64,000 bases of DNA from Nitrososphaerota archaeon (GTDB lineage: Archaea > Thermoproteota > Nitrososphaeria > PSMU01): contig PSMU01000003.1 of the NCBI GenBank assembly GCA_040290255.1, positions 64,001 to 128,000 on the forward strand, in the 5' to 3' direction. This document shows positions 17,504-28,228 of the stretch, one piece after another (the first letter of the stretch is position 1; the number at the start of each line of letters is the position of its first letter). The position numbers and the translations under genes are program-made. The notes beneath the pieces are model-generated. The model saw only the letters and a program-made list of their open reading frames with translations. It had not been told where the DNA came from and made no database searches.

Positions 17504-18627
17504 CCGGGCTGCTGCCGGCGCGCCCCGGCGTCGTTAGGGAGCGAGCTCGCCCTCCTGACCCGTTCCCTTATTGAGGCTACGAGCGGCCTGGGCAGCGTGG
17601 CCGTGGCCTTCTCGCGCAGGAGCCCCTCGGGCCTGTACAGCAGGATCAGGAGCAGCAGGGCGCTGAAGACCAGATATGTGAACCAGTTGACGTCGATGGG
17701 AAGGTAAGAGGCTAGGCTCAACTTGAGCTGCTCCAGCACCTTGGATATCAGCCAATATAGAAAGACGCCCAGGGCAACGCCCGCGTTGTTCGCGGCGCCG
17801 CCTATTATGACCATCGTCCAGGGCAAGAAGGTCCAGGAGAACCTGTTCCACGTTTCCGCGCCCACCGAGCCCACATAAAACGTGTAGATGGCCCCCGCCA
17901 TGCCGCTGATCACCGAAGCGGCTACGAGCGCCTTTCTCCTGTAGGCGACCACATCCTTGCCCAAGGCCATCGACGCGGCCTCGTTATCCCTTATGGCCCT
18001 GAGCGTCCTGCCTAGAGGCGAGCGGGCGAGCCTCTCCGCGTACAGGTAGACTAAGAGCGCGAAGAGGGCCAAGAAGGACATGCCCACCACGTCCCTGTTC
18101 CCCACCTTAGGAGTAAGCCAGACGAAGAGGTCAGGCACCAGCATGCCCTGTGTGCCCCCCACGAGGGGATCGTAGCCGCTGAGGAAGACCTGAAAGAACT
18201 GGGCCGCGCCCAGCAGCAGCATGCCCAGATAGTCCTCCCGCAGCCTTATGGCCGGATAGGAGGCTAGATAGCCCATGGCGCCGGCCACCAGGCCGCCCAA
18301 CAGGATCGATAACAGCATCACCGATATGGCCGTGAGCGCATCATGTGCAAGGAGGGCGTCCTCCTGGGCTATTATCATGGGGTTGAAGTAGACATAATTT
18401 CCGTGTGTGTCTATGTTGTAGAGCAGGGCCGCGAACCTTCCCGAAAAGGTGCCCGCTATGGCCGCCCCGCCGGCCACAAACATCGCCTTGCCGAAGTTGG
18501 GGATGCCCGTGTACCCAAACTCGAGGTTCAGGCTGATGCTGATCGCCAGATAGAGAGCGAAGAAGATGATGAGGCTGACCCCGAACTGTAGCACATCGAC
18601 GCCCAGCAGTGTGATCAGGGGCTGCAC
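17500..18627 (-). CDS. livM: Branched-chain amino acid ABC permease
   Basis: SLNLEFGYTGIPNFG, RLREDY, GRTLRAIRDNE motifs. Confidence 0.92.
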   Translation of the reverse strand: MQPLITLLGVDVLQFGVSLIIFFALYLAISISLNLEFGYTGIPNFGKAMFVAGGAAIAGTFSGRFAALLYNIDTHGNYVYFNPMIIAQEDALLAHDALTAISVMLLSILLGGLVAGAMGYLASYPAIRLREDYLGMLLLGAAQFFQVFLSGYDPLVGGTQGMLVPDLFVWLTPKVGNRDVVGMSFLALFALLVYLYAERLARSPLGRTLRAIRDNEAASMALGKDVVAYRRKALVAASVISGMAGAIYTFYVGSVGAETWNRFSWTFLPWTMVIIGGAANNAGVALGVFLYWLISKVLEQLKLSLASYLPIDVNWFTYLVFSALLLLILLYRPEGLLREKATATLPRPLVASIRERVRRASSLPNDAGARRQQPG

Positions 18628-18631
18628 CTCC

Positions 18632-19555
18632 TCACCTCATGGCCAAATGAAGCATCCTCCTCCAGTTGACCGAGACCAGCCCATTGGGCACGATCATGAG
18701 CGTCGCGATCATGATGGCCAGCGGTATGGCGGTCTGGTAGATGGCCACCCAGGAGCCGAGCAGGTTTATCGCGGCCGTCGTTAGAAGGATCTCGCTGGCG
18801 CCCACGATCACGCCCCCTATGAGGGCGCCGAAGATGCTGGAAAGCCCCCCCAGGATGCTGGAGGCGAAGATATCCACGATGATGACGGAGCCGGTGTTTA
18901 TGCTGCCCGGAAGCCATAGCACGTAGAAGGAGCCTGCCAGGGCGCCGAACCCCCCCGCCAAGAACCAGGCGAAGAGGTACATCCTCTCAACGTTAATGCC
19001 CAGGACCTTGGAGAGGCTGGGGTTTTCTATGGCGGCCCTCATGGCTACTCCGAACCTGGTCCTGTTCAGCAGGAAGTAAAGGAAGCCGGAGATGGCCACG
19101 AGCGCGGCGGGCGAGGCGAAGAAGACGCCGGGAAGGCCGAGCAGCTGGAAGTCCGCGCGCAGCTGGAAGAAATACTTTGCATCGAAGAGCCCCCAGCTGA
19201 GCTGCAGGATGTCCGTGTAGATGCCGAAGATGCCCACGAAGGCTATGTCCAAGGCGAGCGTCGCTATCATGAGCGAGAGAAGGGAGGCTCCTCTTCTGGC
19301 CAGGGGCCTGAGCACCAGCAGGTAAAGCGCCACCGATACGACCCCGCCCATGATGAAAGTGATGGGTATCGACTGGTAGGGGTTCAGGCCCCTAAGCCTG
19401 AAGAGCGTATAGGCTGTGTATGCTCCCACGGTCACCAGCGACCCATAGGAGAAGTTGGGCACCTTCGTGGTGATGTAGGTGAGCGTGAGGCCCAACGCCA
19501 TTAGCCCGAAGAGGGAGGCGTAGACGACGGACGATAGCGCGAAGGGCGGTAGCAA
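18632..19555 (-). CDS. livH: Branched-chain amino acid ABC permease
   Basis: ALGLTLTY...NFSYG, TRFGVAMRA, GINV motifs. Confidence 0.92.
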   Translation of the reverse strand: MLPPFALSSVVYASLFGLMALGLTLTYITTKVPNFSYGSLVTVGAYTAYTLFRLRGLNPYQSIPITFIMGGVVSVALYLLVLRPLARRGASLLSLMIATLALDIAFVGIFGIYTDILQLSWGLFDAKYFFQLRADFQLLGLPGVFFASPAALVAISGFLYFLLNRTRFGVAMRAAIENPSLSKVLGINVERMYLFAWFLAGGFGALAGSFYVLWLPGSINTGSVIIVDIFASSILGGLSSIFGALIGGVIVGASEILLTTAAINLLGSWVAIYQTAIPLAIMIATLMIVPNGLVSVNWRRMLHLAMR

Positions 19556-19590
19556 GCTTCAGGTCCGAAGCTTGGCCAAGCTTTAAATAA
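19554..19590. promoter_or_regulatory. Overlapping palindromes (three AAGCTT) next to a TATA box in the divergent liv promoter
   Basis: AAGCTTC-N6-GAAGCTT at 19554-19573; perfect 16-mer AAGCTTGGCCAAGCTT at 19568-19583; TTTAAATAA at 19582-19590. Confidence 0.45.
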
Positions 19591-19618
19591 TTTTCTCGCC
19601 CGGTGGGGCGCGCAAGCC

Positions 19619-20971
19619 ATGAGGAACAAGGCGATCTCTACAGGAGCTGCCGCGGGGCTCTTCATCGTGGGCCTCTTAGTTGGCTTGGCCGTCATGTACG
19701 GCATCGCTGCCTCGACGGGCCTGGGCACGCAGACCGTGACCGTGGGCGGCGGCACGGTGACGCAGACCGTGACCGTCGCGGGAGGAATATGCGCCAGCGG
19801 CCAGAAGATCACGATAGGCGTCCTCACGGACCTTTCCGGAGAGCTTTCAGATACGGGCACAAAGGTAAGGCATGCGGTGCTGATGGCCAAGGATGACGTG
19901 AACAGCTACCTGCAAAAGATCGGGTGCCAGCTCACGGTGGACCTAGCCATCGTGGACTACGCGCTGGACAACCAGAGGGCGTTGAGCGCACTCCAGACCA
20001 TGGCGGCGCAGGGCATTCAGGCGGTGGTAGGGCCGCTTAACAGTGGCGCTGCGAAGTTCATACTGCAGTTCGCCGACTCCAACCGCATCGTGCTGGTCAG
20101 CCCCTCCTCCACTTCTCCCGCGCTGGCGATCCCCAACGACTTCCTATTTAGGACGGTGCCGAACGACGCCGCGCAGGGCCTCGCCGGGGCCAGGATGATG
20201 TGGGATAGGGGCGTAAGGGCGGCCATTATCGTGAACAGGCATGATGCTTACGGCGATGGGCTCGCTAACGCGACCGCGGCAAGATTCAAGCAGCTGGGCG
20301 GCACCGTGGTGGACATCATAGCCTACGATACGAAGACCACGGACTTCACGCCCATCCTCGCCAAAATACAGAGCGACTTCAACGCCGCCGCGCAGCAGTT
20401 CGGCGCGGAGCGCGTGGGCATATACATGATCACCTTCGAGGAGATAGGCAACATGCTGATGACGGCCAGTAAGAGCTTCCCAAGCTTACTGAGTACGCCG
20501 CAGCCCTGGTTCGGGACCGATGGCCAGGCCCTCAACAACAAACTGATCACGAACTCGACCACGGGGCCCCTGATGGTGAAGATAAGGCTGCCCTCAACGC
20601 TTTATGCGCCGGTGAACAGCACGAAGACCGTGGACTTCATACAGAGGTTCACCAAGGCCCTCGGCGTGACGCCGGACGCTTATACCATGAGCGCATATGA
20701 TGACGTCTGGCTCATCACGCTCTCGACACTGGCGGCGGGCAAGTATGATGGGCAGGCCATTCAGAGGGTCTTCTCCTCCGTCGCGGCCAACTACTTCGGC
20801 TTAATCGGTTGGACCCATCTTGAGCCCAGCGGCGATCTGGCCCCCAGCATTTACCAGATCTGGATGGTCGTCTCCAAGGGGGGAACGCCCACCTGGGTCC
20901 TCGCGGGCACATGGGATGCGAGCACGGATAGCATTACTTGGACGGTTCCCCCGCCTCCCCCCAGCGGCTAG
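19619..20971 (+). CDS. Branched-chain amino acid ABC substrate-binding protein (LivJ/K family)
   Basis: N-terminal TM, Thr-rich linker, IGVLTDLSG, VVGPLNSG, SPSSTSP, FLFRTVPND motifs. Confidence 0.92.
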   Translation: MRNKAISTGAAAGLFIVGLLVGLAVMYGIAASTGLGTQTVTVGGGTVTQTVTVAGGICASGQKITIGVLTDLSGELSDTGTKVRHAVLMAKDDVNSYLQKIGCQLTVDLAIVDYALDNQRALSALQTMAAQGIQAVVGPLNSGAAKFILQFADSNRIVLVSPSSTSPALAIPNDFLFRTVPNDAAQGLAGARMMWDRGVRAAIIVNRHDAYGDGLANATAARFKQLGGTVVDIIAYDTKTTDFTPILAKIQSDFNAAAQQFGAERVGIYMITFEEIGNMLMTASKSFPSLLSTPQPWFGTDGQALNNKLITNSTTGPLMVKIRLPSTLYAPVNSTKTVDFIQRFTKALGVTPDAYTMSAYDDVWLITLSTLAAGKYDGQAIQRVFSSVAANYFGLIGWTHLEPSGDLAPSIYQIWMVVSKGGTPTWVLAGTWDASTDSITWTVPPPPPSG

Positions 20972-20981
20972 GTGAAAGAGC

Positions 20982-20994
20982 CTTTTTGTTTTCT
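20982..20994 (+). terminator. U-rich archaeal terminator-like tract after the binding-protein gene
   Basis: CTTTTTGTTTTCT about 10 nt after the TAG. Confidence 0.5.
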
Positions 20995-21011
20995 GATGCG
21001 CTTATAGCAAA

Positions 21012-21750
21012 ATGTTGACGGTGCGTAACGTCGTCAAGTCCTTCGGGCAGCTGAGGGCGCTCGATGGCGTTAGTCTGGAGGTCAAGGAGAGGACGCTCTG
21101 CACGCTCATAGGGCCCAATGGCTCGGGCAAGACCACCCTGATAAACGTCATCAGCGGTTTTTATAAGCCGGACGCGGGCCAGGTGCTCTACGACAGCAGG
21201 GATATCACGGGATGGCCGCCCCATAGGATCTACAGGCTTGGCCTGGCCAGGACCTTCCAGATCCCCTCGTTGTTCTGGAAGCTGACCGTGCTCGAGAACC
21301 TGCTTGTGGCTGAGAAGACACATCCCGGCGAGAGCTTCCTCAGGGCCCTCCTCAGGAGCAGCTGGAGGAGGAGGGAGGAGGAGGCCGCGGAGAGGGCCCT
21401 GCGCATCCTGGAGCTGCTGGGCCTCGGCGAGCTGTGGGATAGGCCGGCCTATGCCCTGAGCGGAGGGCAGATGAAGTTGCTGGAGATAGGCAGGGCGCTC
21501 ATGACGGGGGCGAGGTTGCTGCTGCTCGACGAGCCGGTCTCGGGCGTGAACCCCACGCTGGCCCATGAGGTCTTCTCCTCGCTCGTGAGGCTGAGGAACG
21601 AGCTGGGCATCACCTTCCTCATCGTGGAGCACCGGCTGGACATAGCGCTCAGCTACATAGACCATATCTACGCGATGGCCTACGGCAGGGTGATCGCCTC
21701 CGGCCTGCCGGAAAAGGTAATTAACGAGCCTGAAGTGATCGAGGCCTACC

Positions 21751-21761
<11 letters not shown>
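21012..21761 (+). CDS. livG: Branched-chain amino acid ABC ATPase
   Basis: GPNGSGKT, ARTFQ, LSGGQ, LLDEP, VIEAYLG motifs. Confidence 0.93.
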
Positions 21762-22464
<703 letters not shown>

Positions 22465-22482
<18 letters not shown>

Positions 22483-24009
22483 CGGGGGCCTTGGCCGGCC
22501 AAAGCGCCTCCTGACCTCGGCCGGCCAGTTATCGCTCTCGAAGCCGTGCCGGGCCAAAAAGGCCGCCGCCCATCTAGAGAGCCCGTGGCCTATGCAGCCC
22601 GTCCAGATGGGCCTGCCCTTCAGCTCCCTTATCTTAAAGGCCTCGACATAGAAGGTCCTGTGCACCGTCCCCGCCGTGACCTCCAGCCACTCGCTTGAGT
22701 CGCGGGCTCCGCGGTAGGGCAGGTAGCACTCGATGTCGAGCGTGGGGACCTTGTCCCTGGAGGAGGCATCCACGAGGTGCCTCTTAGCTTCCTCGGGTGC
22801 TAGGTAGAAGGGGGCGCCGGCCACGACCCTCCACTCCATATCGAGCTCCTTGTCCAGCAGCTCCACGGTCCTGTCGATCACGCCATTCCTCAGCTCTACC
22901 ACCTCCTCGGGCCTGCCCAGCATCACCATCTCCATCCTAAGGAATTCGTTGGTCCGCACGATGCCCTCCACGCCCCCGGCCTCGTTCCTCCAGGTCCAGC
23001 CGCCCAGATAATCATAGGCCTTCACGGGCAGCTGCTCCAGGCTCACGGTTTCGCCGCTGAAGTACTGGTAGAAGGGAGGGCACTGCACTGCGTCGAGCAC
23101 ATAGCCCGGCTCCTGCAGAAGTCCCTTCAGCAGGTCCGCCCTCACGACCCTCTTGAGCGAGTATTCGCGCTTGAACTCATCGAAGGCCTTCGGATCCCTG
23201 GGCGGCGCGCAGACGTAGAACATGCCCTCGGGCAGGTGCTCCACGTAGGTGGAGAGCCTCTTGAGCACCTCGAAGGGGAGCAGCCTCGGGAAGACCCAGA
23301 GCTCGAAGCCCAGCGGCTCGGCCACGCGCTCCGCGAGCAGCTCGGCCAGGGCCCTCACGAGCCTGGCCATGGGCGGCGTATAGATCCACTGGCCCCTGGA
23401 GGGGAAGCGCTTGATCCATCCATGCCTTTCGGCCGCCTCTGATACATCTCCCGTGAAGGCGTAGCTCTTCGCCGGGCCCTGCCAGAGCACGGTGCCGAAG
23501 GGCACGAGCCCCTTTTGGCCTGCTAAGGCCTCCTTGGGCCTGAGCGCCCTCAGCAGCCTGTCCACGGCCCTCTGCTCCAGCTCCCTCCCCTCGAGCTCAC
23601 GGAAGATGAGCCGCAGCTCTCCATCTAGCCTCTGCACCTCCGCCAGGCCCTTCGCCAGCTGCACCAGCTCCTCGGGAGGCTCAATGCCGCTGGCGCTCAC
23701 CACATACCTCGTGACGACCAGGCCCCTGAGCCCCAGCCGGTGCTTGGAGCCCCACTGGCGCAGGAGCCTCTTGAGGCGCAGCAGGGCATCGTGGGCCCTC
23801 AGCGCGGGCCCCGAGGACAGCCTCAGCAGCAGCACATTTCCCGAGGCGCTCCAGGCCTCGATGGAGGCGCCCTGCTTCCTCTCCTCGGGCCTTATGCCTT
23901 TGGCCAGCAGCCCCTCCTTTGCCGCCTCGAGCTCGGCCGCCAGGTCCCCCTCCTTTCCCTCCAGCGGCCCGCTGAAGGTCAGGCGCGCCTCAAGCTCGAA
24001 CCTGAGCGT
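22465..24009 (-). CDS. serS: Seryl-tRNA synthetase, rare methanogen (type 2) form; start uncertain
   Basis: AHDALLRLK...GLRG N-domain, RGQW, QCPPF, RNEAGG, EFLRME and WTGC.GxGLSRW with Cys/Glu/Cys Zn ligands. Homology (LRFELEARLTFS) extends about 58 codons upstream of the track's GTG 23835. Confidence 0.9.
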
Positions 24010-24039
24010 GACAACGGGCGCGTCCCCGCCGCTTCTGCT

Positions 24040-25665
24040 TTAAACCTTTTGCAGAAGGGCCTGCAGGAGCGCGTCCAGATGTAGCTCCGCGTAGGCCACG
24101 GGCACCGGCAGGCCGAACCTTTCGAGCAGCTGGGGCGCCACCTCGCCCATCAGGCCCACCTGCCCCTCGAGGTAGAGCGAGGCCGCGCGCCCCCTTATGA
24201 GCTCGGAAGCCTCATAGGGCCTCAGGGAGAGCAGGCCCCTGAAGAGTAGCGCGTTTAGGCGCTCGATGACCGAGGCGATGCTCGAGAAGGAGGCCTTGGC
24301 TTCCGCGACCACGAGCCCCAAGTGCAGCTCCTCGCTTTTATGAGGGAAGACGCGGCCTATCTCGAAGAGCCTCTGCGGGTACTCCACATGCCTGTTCCTC
24401 GAGAGCGCCTCCAGCAGAGGAAACAGCAGCGAAGTGCGAAGGTAGGAATGCTCGGCGCTCTTGCTGTGCTCCAGCTCCAGCGCCCCCTCGCCGGCAAGCT
24501 CACGCGAAACGAGCGTGGGCGTGACCACCTCCAGGAACCCAAGGCCGAGCAGCAGCTCCCTGAGCTTCGCCAGGGGCGCCGTCCGGGGCAGGGGCCTCCC
24601 CAGGCCGCGCTGCGAGGGGAGAAGGGGCTTGAGCCTCCCATAATGGTATGCCAGGGCCACCTCCTCCGCCAGGTCGACGGGGTGCAGCACGTCGCACCTG
24701 TAGGCCGGCACCAGGGCCACGATCCCGCCACGCGCGCTGCGCACGCCGAAGCCCTGCCTGAGCAGCAGGCGGCGAATGGCCTCGGGCGTCAGCTTCAGGC
24801 CCAGCAGGCCGTTGATGAGCCTTATATCTACTCTTTCTTCGCGGGGCGAGAGGTCGGGATAGAGCTGCGCGCCTTGTGGGTGCTTCACCAGCACCGTCTC
24901 CAGCCGGCCGCCCATCTCGGCCAGCGTGGTGGCTATGATGTTAAGGCAGCTCTCCACCGGGGCTCTGCTCGTGCCCGTGACGTCCACAAAGATCTCCGTG
25001 GTGCTCTCCGTGAGCTGCGTGACCACGCCGTTGATGATGGGCGGGAAGGAGAGCACCTGGCCTTCCTCATCGCGAAGGATAGGGTAGGGGCCGCCGGGGG
25101 GGACCAGCGCGCCATAGGCCCTGCCCTGCTCGAGCCGGCTCAGCACCTCCTGCAGGCTCATCTGGGCGCTCTGGCCCAGCGGGATAAACCTGAACTCCGG
25201 GCCCTGAGGCTCATAGTGGATGGGAGGGCGGAGGGGGGAGAGGTCGTGAAGGCCTATTGAGGCCAGGCGCCTTCCCCTCCCCAGGCCGCGGTGCAGGTCC
25301 TCCTGTAGGCCTATTAGCTGCCGCAGTGCCTCATCATTCAGGCGCAGGCCCCTCGCGACCGCGCAGGCGATGTGGGGCCTCACCCCCTCAAGGCCCCGAT
25401 GCACAATGACCTCCACGCTGCCCTTCAGCAGGGGATAGTCGTGGGGCCCCTCCTGCAGGCCCAGAAGCCCCCTGAGCGCCCTGGCGATGCCGAAGACCGT
25501 GCCCAGGTCCGGCCTATTGGGGCTATACTCGACCCTGACGCGGTCCTCCTCCTGGCCCTCTATGTCCAGCCCCACGTACGGGAGCTCCTCCAGGAGCCTT
25601 TGCTCCTCCACGTCGCCCCCGACAAGCCTTTTCAGGTGGGAGAGAGAAATTTCGACTACGGGCAA
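24040..25665 (-). CDS. pheT: Phenylalanyl-tRNA synthetase beta subunit (archaeal type)
   Basis: PNRPDL, QEDLH, SFPPIIN, YRCDVLHPVDLAEEVA, FEIG motifs. Confidence 0.96.
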   Translation of the reverse strand: MPVVEISLSHLKRLVGGDVEEQRLLEELPYVGLDIEGQEEDRVRVEYSPNRPDLGTVFGIARALRGLLGLQEGPHDYPLLKGSVEVIVHRGLEGVRPHIACAVARGLRLNDEALRQLIGLQEDLHRGLGRGRRLASIGLHDLSPLRPPIHYEPQGPEFRFIPLGQSAQMSLQEVLSRLEQGRAYGALVPPGGPYPILRDEEGQVLSFPPIINGVVTQLTESTTEIFVDVTGTSRAPVESCLNIIATTLAEMGGRLETVLVKHPQGAQLYPDLSPREERVDIRLINGLLGLKLTPEAIRRLLLRQGFGVRSARGGIVALVPAYRCDVLHPVDLAEEVALAYHYGRLKPLLPSQRGLGRPLPRTAPLAKLRELLLGLGFLEVVTPTLVSRELAGEGALELEHSKSAEHSYLRTSLLFPLLEALSRNRHVEYPQRLFEIGRVFPHKSEELHLGLVVAEAKASFSSIASVIERLNALLFRGLLSLRPYEASELIRGRAASLYLEGQVGLMGEVAPQLLERFGLPVPVAYAELHLDALLQALLQKV

Positions 25666-27158
25666 GGCCTCTCCCTAAGCCAGCGGAGGTCGGGCTCGTA
25701 AAGCTTCCTTATGTCCTCGATGCCCTGCCTGAGCATGAGCAGCCTATCTAGCCCCAGGCCCCAGGCCAGCACGCGGCTCCTGACGCCCAGCGGAAGGGTG
25801 ACCTCCGGCCTCAGTATGCCCGCGCCGCCCATCTCAAGCCAGAGGGCCCTGCCCTGCTTCTCGAACTTGGCCATGACCTGAAGCGAGGGCTCCGTATAGG
25901 GGAAGTAGCTCGGCCAGAACTTTATCTCCTTCAGCCCCAGGCGGTGATAGAATTCTCCCAAGAGGCCCATGAGGTGCCTGAGGTGAAGGCTCCTGCCCAC
26001 CGCGATGCCCTCGACCTGGTTGAACTCCACATAGCTCTTGAAGGTCACCTTCTCGTTCCTGAAGACTCTGTCCACGATGAAGGCCTGCGCGCTCTCCGGC
26101 CTCCTCTCCCAGAGGAAGCGCACCGTCACCGCCGTGGTATGGGTCCTGAGCAGGGCGCGCCTCGCCTCCTCCTCGCTCCAGGCGCCCCCCCAGCCCCTCG
26201 AGCCCGTGCCCCCGCCATCTATGTGCGTCTGCTTGACCCTCTGGACCAGCGAAGGGTCCTCCGGCTCGATGCTAAGGCCCTTCACGTAAAAGGTGTCCTG
26301 CAGCTCCCTTGCCGGATGGTCCTGGGGCACGAAGAGGGCGTCGAAGTTCCAGAAGGCCGGCTGCAGGTAGGAGCCCTCTATCTCCTCAAAGCCCATGGCG
26401 AGAAAGGCCTCACGCACCTCCTCAATCGCCTCGGTGAGGGGGTGCTTTCTGCCCAGGAGCGCCCGCGGAGGGCTCTCGTGGATGTCGATCGGCCTTATGG
26501 GCCTGCTCCTCCACAGGCCGCTGGCCAGGGCTTCCGGCGTTAGGGCGTCCAGCCATTCCTCGCGCCCGTAAAGCTCGAGCGCCTCCCTGCCCTTCTGCGT
26601 GGCGGCCACGTACCTCTTCTTCCTCCTGAGCCTCCTGAGCATGCCCGGCCTCTTCAGCAGGCGCTCCGCCGCGCCCCTTTCCTGCTCGCTCAGGGCGTCC
26701 AGCGCTATGGTCCCCCCGGCCAGGCGCTTCAGCAGCCCCTCCTCCTCCAGCTCGGGCGCCGGACCCGCGGCGAAGAGCAGGGTTCGCCCCGCTTCCCTGC
26801 GCAGGGCTATGAAGCCCCTCTCCAGGGCCCTTCCCATGGCGGCCTCCATGTCCTGGCCCAGCGCGCGGGCCGCCTGCTCTACGGCAAGGGGGCCCCGCAG
26901 GAGCAGCTCGTAGAGCCTGCGCTCCGGCAGCCCCTTCCTCAGGGCCTTCTCGCCCTCGGGGCCCAGCGAGAGCAGCTGCTCCTCCTGCTCGCTCACCTCC
27001 ACCAGGCCCTTCTCCTTGAGCCACTCGACGCCGCGCCTCACCGCATCCACCGTCAGGCCCGAGGCCTGGGCCAACTGCTCAACGGCCATCGCCGAACCCG
27101 AAGCTACGAGCGCGGCCAGCAGCTTCCTCTCCAGCCTATGAAGGCCCTCGGAAAGCAT
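25656..27158 (-). CDS. pheS: Phenylalanyl-tRNA synthetase alpha subunit (archaeal type)
   Basis: WNFDALFVPQDHPARELQDTFY, LRTHTT, YFPYTEPS, AWGLGLDR motifs. Confidence 0.97.
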   Translation of the reverse strand: MLSEGLHRLERKLLAALVASGSAMAVEQLAQASGLTVDAVRRGVEWLKEKGLVEVSEQEEQLLSLGPEGEKALRKGLPERRLYELLLRGPLAVEQAARALGQDMEAAMGRALERGFIALRREAGRTLLFAAGPAPELEEEGLLKRLAGGTIALDALSEQERGAAERLLKRPGMLRRLRRKKRYVAATQKGREALELYGREEWLDALTPEALASGLWRSRPIRPIDIHESPPRALLGRKHPLTEAIEEVREAFLAMGFEEIEGSYLQPAFWNFDALFVPQDHPARELQDTFYVKGLSIEPEDPSLVQRVKQTHIDGGGTGSRGWGGAWSEEEARRALLRTHTTAVTVRFLWERRPESAQAFIVDRVFRNEKVTFKSYVEFNQVEGIAVGRSLHLRHLMGLLGEFYHRLGLKEIKFWPSYFPYTEPSLQVMAKFEKQGRALWLEMGGAGILRPEVTLPLGVRSRVLAWGLGLDRLLMLRQGIEDIRKLYEPDLRWLRERPCP

Positions 27159-27182
27159 CCGCGCGGCTTGGGCTCAGCTAAT

Positions 27183-27653
27183 TTAAGGCTTCGCCTTCAG
27201 CTCCGCGGGGGGCACGGGCCTCGCCTTTTTCCAGCCTACGTAAGCCGTGATGGCCAGGAGGAGCTGCAGGAGCATTAGCGCATCATAGGAGTAGGCAAAG
27301 GGAGGGCACAGGTACGGGCATGATGAACCGCTGTAGGGCTTGAGGCCGAAGAGGTAGTTGGCGAACTCGCCGGGGCTCCGGCCTATGGCCCCCGCCGTCA
27401 GAGGGTTGGCGAGCATCAGCACGAGCTGCACGAGCCCCCATACGAAGGAGCTCTGCAGGCCCACCTTGGGCATCCCCACGACGAGCACTAAGAGCACCAG
27501 GTCGATCACGCCGAAGCCGATAAGGGCATATGCGTGGCCCGTCTTGGGGTTATCCGCCCAGAGCAACCCATCATAGGCCAGGATGAGGCCGGAGAGCAGC
27601 AGCGAGAGCACGAGCCAGGCGAGCGTGAGCCCCCTGAGGGCTCCTGGGCTCAT
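27183..27653 (-). CDS. 4-TM hypothetical membrane protein
   Basis: Hydrophobic helices, HAYALI, CPYLC loop; TATA-like elements upstream at 27675-27702. Confidence 0.75.
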   Translation of the reverse strand: MSPGALRGLTLAWLVLSLLLSGLILAYDGLLWADNPKTGHAYALIGFGVIDLVLLVLVVGMPKVGLQSSFVWGLVQLVLMLANPLTAGAIGRSPGEFANYLFGLKPYSGSSCPYLCPPFAYSYDALMLLQLLLAITAYVGWKKARPVPPAELKAKP

Positions 27654-27743
27654 ATGCTCCCAGCATGGCCTGGGTATTTAAGGTTAGAGTTCGTATATAA
27701 AATGCCTTGGGGCGCCGAATAACCTCCGCAGGCGCCCGGAAAC

Positions 27744-28148
27744 CTAGGCCCGCTCCAGGAGCTTCTCGAGCTCCGCCCTGAACTGCCGCTCGGGCCTGGC
27801 CCCTATGAGCCTGCCCAGCTCCCTCCCCTTGCTGAAGACGATGAACGTGGGTATGGAATACACATCGTATTTAGATGCCAGGTCGGGGTTCTCGTCCACG
27901 TTCAGGCGCCCGAAGGCCACGCGGCCGTTCATGGTGGACGATAGCCGCTCGAGGATGGGGTGCATGATCCTGCAGGGATAGCACCACTCCGCCCAGAAGT
28001 CCACCACGGCGGGCCTCTCGCCAGAGATGAAGGCCTCGAAGTTGGCGCGGCTGAGCTCGACGATGCCGCCCGAGGGCTTCTTACCCCCCTTCATCAGCTC
28101 CCTCTGCCTTTCCTGCAGCAGCCTCTCCAGCTCAGGATCGCCGCTCAT
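27744..28148 (-). CDS. trxA: Thioredoxin
   Basis: VDFWAEWCYPC, SIPTF; archaeal N-terminal helix. Confidence 0.94.
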   Translation of the reverse strand: MSGDPELERLLQERQRELMKGGKKPSGGIVELSRANFEAFISGERPAVVDFWAEWCYPCRIMHPILERLSSTMNGRVAFGRLNVDENPDLASKYDVYSIPTFIVFSKGRELGRLIGARPERQFRAELEKLLERA

Positions 28149-28228
28149 GCGCCTGAGCGAGGCCCAGGTCTTAAAAACCTTCCTGCGGGAATGGCTTATA
28201 AGGCTCCGCGAGATGACCCCCGCGCGAC

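Noticed and set aside
19727-19776. 17-bp direct repeat ACGCAGACCGTGACCGT
   Set aside because: It encodes the TQTVTV Thr-rich linker common in archaeal solute-binding proteins.
27710-27737. GGGCGCC/GGCGCCC hairpin and TATATAAAA suggesting a plus-strand ncRNA
   Set aside because: The AT tracts also read as minus-strand TATA boxes for the 27653 gene, and such GC hairpins are expected by chance.
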